From positions 544,001 to 608,000 of the forward strand of contig JALDAJ010000001.1 of NCBI GenBank assembly GCA_022729235.1: a stretch of 64,000 nt of DNA. Reading direction: 5' to 3'. This stretch comes from Candidatus Nanohalarchaeota archaeon (GTDB lineage Archaea; Nanohalarchaeota; Nanosalinia; Nanosalinales; Nanosalinaceae). The position numbers were made by a program, and so were the translations under genes. Below are positions 58,129 through 64,000 of the stretch, one piece after another (positions within the stretch are counted from its first letter, which is position 1; each line of letters begins with the position of its first letter). The notes beneath the pieces were generated by a model. That model saw only the letters and a list, made by a program, of their open reading frames with translations. It was not told where the DNA came from and did not search any database.

Positions 58129-59931
58129 CTATTCCTCCTCTTCGAGCTCGATTTCAGTATCCATCATCATGGATTTTAGCTCGTTGAGCAGTAGCAGGAA
58201 TGCGTGAGGCACCTGCGAGTCTTCAAGTTTTTCTGAGTCGCATGCGGGGCAGTAGTCGCGGTTTTCTTCGTGATCGTGGATTCCTATCTCCCCACACTTT
58301 TCACATACTTTTATCTCGGTGTTATCCGCCCCGAACCGTTCCTTGAGCAGTAGTGAGGCTCCGTGTCCTACGAAGACATCTTTTTCCATCTCTCCGAGTC
58401 GGAGTCCACCTTCCTGGCTTCTTCCCTCGGTAGGCTGTTTTGTGAGGAGGGTGACGGGACCTCTTGCACGTCCGTGTATCTTGTCCGCGACCTGGTGGTC
58501 GAGTTTGAGGTAGTATCCTGGTCCTATGAGTATATCGGCTTCCATTTCTTCTCCTGTTACTCCGTTGTACATCGTTTCCTTGCCGTGTTTCTCAAACCCT
58601 ATTTCTTCCAGTTGTTCTTTTATGTCGTCCTTGTCTTCATTGTGGAAAGCTGTCCCGTCAACAGGTTCGCCTCGTAGTGCGCCGGCTTTACCAGCTATTA
58701 GTTCGATCAGCTGTGACACGGTCATACGGCTGGGGATGGCGTGTGTTGATAGTATAACGTCAGGTGTGATTCCCTGTCTTGTGAAAGGCATGTTTTCCTC
58801 GGGGACCGTCATCCCGATAACTCCTTTCTGTCCGTGCCGGGTTGCGAACTTGTCTCCGAGTCCTGGTACACGGTACTCTCTTAGTTTTAGTTTAAGCAGT
58901 TTGTCTCCGTCTCCGGTCTCTGAAACCATGACCTTGTCTATTCGTCCTTGTTCCCCGTGTCTTACGCTGAGCGAGGTCTCTCTTCTCTCTGCAAGCCCCA
59001 TCTTGACCTCTTCTCCACCTCCGCTTCCAAGGAATTTTGGTGGTGAGGTCTTTCCTACTAGGACATCATCGGCTTCGACATCTGTTTCAGGGTTGACGAT
59101 ACCGTCGTCATCGAGGTGGTTGTATGCCTCTTCATTTCTGTATCCTCTGACATCTTTATCCGGTATCTCGATTTCGTCTTTCTGTCCTCCCCAGAAACGC
59201 TGTGCCTCTGTCTTGTATGTCCGCATGTAGGTGGAGCGCGCCAGACCTCTGTCGATTGAGTCCTGATTCATTATGATGGCGTCCTCGATGTTGTAACCAT
59301 CAAATGATGCGAGTGCGATTATCATGTTCTGTCCGATAGGGTGATTTCCTACAAGTGTATCATTTGTCTGTGTGTCAACGATAGGTTGCTGACCGTAGGT
59401 CAGGACGTTTGCGTTCGTGTCGAATCTCTGGTGGAACTCACGTGAGTACATCCCGATTCCCTGCCCGCTCATCTTTGCCCCGAAGTTAACACGGTCTCCT
59501 CTGTTGTTCTCCGGGTAGACTACTAGCGAGGCGGAGAGCCCGTGCGTTATCGCAGGATCTACCTCCATATGGGTGTGGTCCTCTGTTACTTCTTCCTCGT
59601 TCATCGCAACGTACAGGTTTTCTTCTTCCTCGGCGTCGATGTATTCGATTATACCTTCTTCCTCAAGATCTCTGAGTGTTATCTCTCCTTCATCCAGTTT
59701 CTCCCTTTGCTTGTCGGTCAGTCTTGGTTCTCCGTCTTCAACTATGATCAGAGGTCTCAGAACTCGTCCGGAGTCTGTGTTAATCCTGAGTTCGTCTTTG
59801 TCATCAGCATAGTAGACAGAGATTTCTTCATCGATTTCTCCAGATCTTCTTTTATCTATCAGGGATTCTCTAATTTCTTTAGAATCTTCTATTTCGTCGA
59901 TAATTTCGCCGTCAAGGAAAACCTTTGTCAT
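58129..59931 (-). CDS. rpoB1: RNA polymerase subunit B' (Rpo2C)
   Basis: GYNIEDA, GDKF..RHGQKG, PSRMT, GGLR.GEME. Confidence 0.97.
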   Translation of the reverse strand: MTKVFLDGEIIDEIEDSKEIRESLIDKRRSGEIDEEISVYYADDKDELRINTDSGRVLRPLIIVEDGEPRLTDKQREKLDEGEITLRDLEEEGIIEYIDAEEEENLYVAMNEEEVTEDHTHMEVDPAITHGLSASLVVYPENNRGDRVNFGAKMSGQGIGMYSREFHQRFDTNANVLTYGQQPIVDTQTNDTLVGNHPIGQNMIIALASFDGYNIEDAIIMNQDSIDRGLARSTYMRTYKTEAQRFWGGQKDEIEIPDKDVRGYRNEEAYNHLDDDGIVNPETDVEADDVLVGKTSPPKFLGSGGGEEVKMGLAERRETSLSVRHGEQGRIDKVMVSETGDGDKLLKLKLREYRVPGLGDKFATRHGQKGVIGMTVPEENMPFTRQGITPDVILSTHAIPSRMTVSQLIELIAGKAGALRGEPVDGTAFHNEDKDDIKEQLEEIGFEKHGKETMYNGVTGEEMEADILIGPGYYLKLDHQVADKIHGRARGPVTLLTKQPTEGRSQEGGLRLGEMEKDVFVGHGASLLLKERFGADNTEIKVCEKCGEIGIHDHEENRDYCPACDSEKLEDSQVPHAFLLLLNELKSMMMDTEIELEEEE

Positions 59932-59946
59932 TTTGTTATCACCTTT

Positions 59947-61404
59947 TTACTGGGCTTCAAGCCCTTCTTCCTCAAGTTTTGCTCTAAGTGAGTTTTTCTC
60001 CATATCGTTCATTCCCGTGGAAACGTTCGCGCTCATAGCGAGATACGTTCTCAGTCCGATGTTCATACCCTCCGGTGTCTTGATAGGGTCGATGCGTCCC
60101 CACTGTGTCGGGTGCAGGTCACGCGCCTCGAAGTGCTGTCTCTCGCTTGAAAGAGGTGAGACAACATTTCTGAGGTGTGAAAGAGTCTTGATCCTGTTGT
60201 CTCTGTCAAGTCTCTGGCATACTCCTGTTCTACCTCCTACCCAGTTACCTGTCGCCATAGCTCCCATAATCTGCTTGCTGAGGGTGTCTGAGACGATTGT
60301 GGACTGGAGAGATGGTAGGCGTCCACGTTTCGCGCTCTTCCTGAAGTTGTACTTCATGCGGGCGAGCAGACCCCATTTCCCGAGGAACACTGACCTGAAC
60401 TGCATCTCCAGCAGTTCTCCCGCCAGGTTGAGCCTCTTGTTTGCGTAATGGTCCATGTCGTCTTCATTGATGTCGCCCTTTCCTAACGCGATGGTGTTTC
60501 GTATCATGTTTGCGAGGAACTCTGCCTTTTCCTCGCGGTACTCAGGTTCCTGCCCTAGGTGTGGTAGCAGGTAGTCGTCTAGTATGCTTTCTACACGTTC
60601 TTCGACATCCGATGTGATTCCTGCCTGGTTCGCCACGTATTCGTAGGCTTCTTCCTGGTTGCTCGCATCTGTTTCGTACATGTTCAGGTAGACATCGCTC
60701 GCGTACTCTTCTCCAATAGCCTGTACGATTTCACGGTCAGTCTCGTACCCGAGTGCCCTGATAAGTGCGACTGCCGGTGTTTTCTTCACGTTAGCGAACG
60801 AGATGTTGACGATGTCGTCATCGCGTCTGAGAACGTGTCGCTGTACGTAGCCTGCCTGTTCGGAGTTGATACGGCAGACCTGTTCTCCGTCGTCATCCTG
60901 GTAGATGGGCTTGTTGTCTGCCATCTCTTCCATGCAGATAAGCGTTTTCTCGGAGCCGTTGACTATAAAGTATCCGCCAGGGTCTTCAGGGTCTTCTCCT
61001 GCATCTCTTAACTCCTCGTCGTCCATGTCTGAGGTCCAGCACAGGTCGCCTCCGATCATTACAGGTATCTGACCTATCGTTACTTCCTCAGATTCCTGCT
61101 GTACTCCCTCGAAAATCGGTGTCATCGTGACCTTGATCTCTGAGGAATAAGTGAGGTCTCGCATCCGTGCTTCTTTCGGAAGCACCTTTCTTACGGACCC
61201 GTCTGCCTCGTTGATATGAGGTCTCTTGATATTTACGTCTACTATCTTGATAACCAGTTCCTCTCCTTCCGGGAGGTCGGGTTTAATCTCGCCTACCTCG
61301 TTTAGAATAGCCTGTATCCTGTCTTCAACAAAACGGTTGTAGGAGTCGATCTGGTGTTTAACCATGTTCTGCTCGATGAGCTGGGAGAGGAATTCTTCTT
61401 TCAC
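59947..61404 (-). CDS. rpoB2: RNA polymerase subunit B'' (Rpo2N)
   Basis: SYN.F, GGYFIVNG.E, DHY.NKR, RDLHPTQWG, TPEG; GTG start. Confidence 0.96.
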   Translation of the reverse strand: MKEEFLSQLIEQNMVKHQIDSYNRFVEDRIQAILNEVGEIKPDLPEGEELVIKIVDVNIKRPHINEADGSVRKVLPKEARMRDLTYSSEIKVTMTPIFEGVQQESEEVTIGQIPVMIGGDLCWTSDMDDEELRDAGEDPEDPGGYFIVNGSEKTLICMEEMADNKPIYQDDDGEQVCRINSEQAGYVQRHVLRRDDDIVNISFANVKKTPAVALIRALGYETDREIVQAIGEEYASDVYLNMYETDASNQEEAYEYVANQAGITSDVEERVESILDDYLLPHLGQEPEYREEKAEFLANMIRNTIALGKGDINEDDMDHYANKRLNLAGELLEMQFRSVFLGKWGLLARMKYNFRKSAKRGRLPSLQSTIVSDTLSKQIMGAMATGNWVGGRTGVCQRLDRDNRIKTLSHLRNVVSPLSSERQHFEARDLHPTQWGRIDPIKTPEGMNIGLRTYLAMSANVSTGMNDMEKNSLRAKLEEEGLEAQ

Positions 61405-61460
61405 TCGAAAACACCTCGGGTGTTTTCTGCGAGTCCAGAATCTCTTTTAGATTCGTTCAT
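61401..61460 (-). mobile_element. Putative 56-bp hairpin-doublet insertion at the rpoB'' start, encoding a 19-codon leader ORF
   Basis: ATGAACGAA at 61460 vs GTGAAAGAA at 61404; two hairpins; shares CAGAAAACA...GAGGTGTTTTCGAG with the rps19 copy. Confidence 0.65.
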
Positions 61461-61467
61461 GATTGAT

Positions 61468-61704
61468 TCAGCCTTCGATTACGACTCTGTAATAAGTGGT
61501 TTTTCCTGCAGTAGGGCTTTCACGCTCGATCTCAATCACGTCACCGACCTCCGCGTCCATCTGTTTAAGCGCGGCATCAGTCCTCTCGATTCTCGGTAAA
61601 TCCTCTTTTTGCGTACCGTATCTCTCAAAAACCTCTTCGGCTTCATCCTCGTCGAGTTTCCGGTGTTCGGGAACTGCTCGGTGGTCTGTGATGTCAATGG
61701 CCAT
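61468..61704 (-). CDS. rpoH: RNA polymerase subunit H (Rpo5)
   Basis: H..VPEH, LP.I...D, GDVIEI.R.SPTAG...YYR.V. Confidence 0.96.
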   Translation of the reverse strand: MAIDITDHRAVPEHRKLDEDEAEEVFERYGTQKEDLPRIERTDAALKQMDAEVGDVIEIERESPTAGKTTYYRVVIEG

Positions 61705-61797
61705 GTTATCCCTTTGTCGATAGAAGCTACATTCTACTAGACTCGGGTAACCTTTAAATAGGTGGTGACCAGTTACCGAAAGGTATTAAAAAGGGTT

Positions 61798-62469
61798 CTA
61801 GATGTGGAAGTTTACCGCTCTAGAGCCTCTCATACTGGATATGTTTTCTCCGACAATTACATGGTCCAGTACAGTTATTCCGACCTTTTTCGCCGCCTCA
61901 ATTAACTGCTCTGTAACTTCGATATCTTGATCGGTTGCTTCATCACGTCTTGAAGGATGATTATGGGCGAGGACTACGGCTGCCGCGTTTGTCTTCACAC
62001 CTTTCCTCAATACTTCCTGGAAATCGATCTTCACCGAATCTACTCCGCCAGCAAACTCTTTTTCACCAAGCAACTCGTTTCCCGAGGATAGGTAGAAAAC
62101 ACGTAGCTTTTCCTCTTCAAGATACTTCATGTCCTCGACACGCGCTTTAACATCGGAAAGACTCTCCAGTTTCTCCCGTTCCTCTCTCTGCATCCTCCTC
62201 GCCAGCTCCCCGACCGCCTTCAGCTGCCCGGCTTTAACACGGGAGATGCCCTCGAATCCTTGCAGGTCTTCCAGCGACCTGTTTCCGAGTTCCGCCAGTG
62301 AGTAGTTGCGAAGTATCTCGCTCGAAAGCTCCTTCACGTTTTTCCCTTGAATCCCGGTTCTTAGAACTAGTGAAAGAAGTTCAACTTCTGTAAGAAGTTC
62401 TGCGCCATGTTCCTCAAGTTTTTCTCTTGGTCGCTCACTCTGAGGCAACTCTTTGATAGTATAGTCCAT
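61798..62469 (-). CDS. radC: RadC/UPF0758 JAB-domain protein
   Basis: ERPREKL, ELL..VLRTG, HNHPS, LDHVIVG. Confidence 0.92.
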   Translation of the reverse strand: MDYTIKELPQSERPREKLEEHGAELLTEVELLSLVLRTGIQGKNVKELSSEILRNYSLAELGNRSLEDLQGFEGISRVKAGQLKAVGELARRMQREEREKLESLSDVKARVEDMKYLEEEKLRVFYLSSGNELLGEKEFAGGVDSVKIDFQEVLRKGVKTNAAAVVLAHNHPSRRDEATDQDIEVTEQLIEAAKKVGITVLDHVIVGENISSMRGSRAVNFHI

Positions 62470-62537
62470 ATATTAGGCTTTGATTCTTGCGGTAGTTAAA
62501 GGTTACAGCTAAAAAATTCGTGTCTAACTCAGTGGTC

Positions 62538-63323
62538 ATGGAAGAACTTGTCGAAAACCCGGACGTCTCCACTGCGCGTGATATAATAGAGGAGTACGTC
62601 GCGCGGAAGTACACGCTCCAGATCAACGGTTTATGTAGCGTGAACTACCAGGGTCGTGCGAAGTCCAAGCTGGATCGAGGAGAGCGTATCGTAATCGTGA
62701 AGCAGTGCTCCGCGCTGCTGGTACACGGTCCGGAAAACTACCAGCCGAAGAACTGGCAGCCCGAGGTTGATTCCTGGAGCGTTGAGGTCGATGATGAGAA
62801 CGATGAACTCGTGCTGGAGGCGAGGCGTTCCAATCCGGAGGAGCTTGTGGAGATACGGTTCGAGGAGATAGATCTTGTTACCGTGAACAAGATGGTTGAT
62901 AAGTCCGAGCTGAAGATAAGGGGTCACGAAGTTGATATTCATGAGTCGATAGAGGACGACCCTGAGCTTGTGGAAGAAGGGCTCACGGTCATCGAGCGTG
63001 AACGGGAGACTCCTGCCGGTTTCATAGACGTCTTCGCGAGGGACGAGGACGACAACTACGTGGTTATAGAGGTCAAGCGCAACCCGGACTACAACACTGT
63101 CCTCCAGCTACAGCGTTACGTGGACGAGATAGAGGACGAGTTCCGCGGCGATATACGCGGGATATTGGTTGCGCCGAAGATGACGGAGAAAGTCCTCGCG
63201 TATCTTGAGGAGCGCGACCTCGAGTTCGTCGAGGTCGAGATGGAGGACGTCATCGCCTCGTACGAAGCTATTGACAGGTCGCAGAAAGGATTGAGCGACT
63301 TCGGTCCTGAATACGAGACCTAA
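62538..63323 (+). CDS. nucS: Endonuclease NucS/EndoMS
   Basis: Y.GRA.S.L..G.R, P.NWQP, E..T..G.ID, EVKR, QL.RY. Confidence 0.93.
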   Translation: MEELVENPDVSTARDIIEEYVARKYTLQINGLCSVNYQGRAKSKLDRGERIVIVKQCSALLVHGPENYQPKNWQPEVDSWSVEVDDENDELVLEARRSNPEELVEIRFEEIDLVTVNKMVDKSELKIRGHEVDIHESIEDDPELVEEGLTVIERERETPAGFIDVFARDEDDNYVVIEVKRNPDYNTVLQLQRYVDEIEDEFRGDIRGILVAPKMTEKVLAYLEERDLEFVEVEMEDVIASYEAIDRSQKGLSDFGPEYET

Positions 63324-63348
63324 CTCCTGTTTATTCAAAAGTTGCGAG

Positions 63349-63999
63349 CTATTCTTCCTGTAGTTCCCAGTGTTTTAAGCTCGGTGAAAGATCTCTAGTA
63401 TAGCCTTCTGACGGCCAGGTTCTGTGAGAGCTATCAAAGACTCCTACTCTAGTTAGAAGTCTTCCTATCCGACCTCTTTCAGCCCATTCATAGCCTGTGT
63501 CTAGGGCTCTACTATTAGTCCTCTCAAGGTAGTCTTTCTTAGAGAGTAGGGCTTCTCTTTTGTCTCCTACTACCTCATTCCCGGCGTCAAGACCTGTTAC
63601 GTCCCTGAATTTCTGTATTTTATCTCGGTCTTTATCTTCTAGTACTTCTTCTGCAAGGGCTTCGGGACTTATCGGGAAACCGGTGGGGTTCGCATCTTTC
63701 AGATTCCATGCCTCTAGAGCTATCTGTTCAGTTAACCAACGGGCAGGTCTCAGAAGGTCTTCAAATCCTTCTTCGTATCCAACGTCTTGGAGATAGTTTA
63801 TGACTTCATCCTCATATCCTTCCTCGTGCATGTTTTCATCTATTATACGTTTGTGGATGTCCAGCGCGTCCTGCAAATGATATGCATGTTTTTCAGCGGT
63901 CTCTATGTCGTCCCAGAAATCTTCAAATCCGACATCTTTGATTCTTGTACTCCAACCATAGTCTGGAAAATTACGTTCTGACCAGGAAAATTGGCTCAT
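63349..63999 (-). CDS. Hypothetical protein
   Basis: 216-aa acidic ORF at the window edge; start may lie further out. Confidence 0.55.
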   Translation of the reverse strand: MSQFSWSERNFPDYGWSTRIKDVGFEDFWDDIETAEKHAYHLQDALDIHKRIIDENMHEEGYEDEVINYLQDVGYEEGFEDLLRPARWLTEQIALEAWNLKDANPTGFPISPEALAEEVLEDKDRDKIQKFRDVTGLDAGNEVVGDKREALLSKKDYLERTNSRALDTGYEWAERGRIGRLLTRVGVFDSSHRTWPSEGYTRDLSPSLKHWELQEE

Positions 64000-64000
64000 A

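Noticed and set aside
58129-61404. Split RpoB as a novelty
   Set aside because: The B'/B'' split is well known in many archaea.
61798-62469. radC as a marker of a mobile element
   Set aside because: It is the full-length form with the N-terminal domain, in core-gene context, with no integrase or att sites nearby.

Overview
Archaeal chromosome segment. The very acidic proteins, compact genes, split RpoB and RpoA, and haloarchaeal-type families suggest a Nanohaloarchaeota/DPANN halophile (inference). Most of the window is core informational genes: serS, aspS, smc-scpA-scpB, rqcH, KEOPS/t6A genes, the L3-L4-L23-L2-S19-L22-S3 cluster, rtcB with a LAGLIDADG intein plus archease, S10/EF-1a/EF-2/S7/S12/NusA, the RNA polymerase cluster, radC and nucS. 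Two tRNAs, Pro(GGG) and Ser(TGA), are present, and ORFans are interspersed. The most striking unexplained signal is non-coding: a dispersed family of ~53-59 bp inverted hairpin doublets (REP/BIME-like; CGAA-stem-TTCTG and CCGCAA-stem-TTGCT, with variable but paired stems). They sit at tRNA ends and at start codons of essential genes, are usually flanked by short target duplications and are sometimes nested. Two separate 56-bp copies (before rps19 and rpoB'') each duplicate the start codon, supply a new GAGGTG Shine-Dalgarno and create a 19-codon leader ORF whose stop overlaps the real start. Other oddities are a second, unrelated 50-bp TGTAATACA...TGTATTACA element upstream of both smc and rtcB, an integrase-free islet array at tRNA-Pro, a divergent pyruvate-kinase-like/NUDIX/MazG-fragment operon and a short-armed SMC. 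All calls were made by eye; no searches were run.
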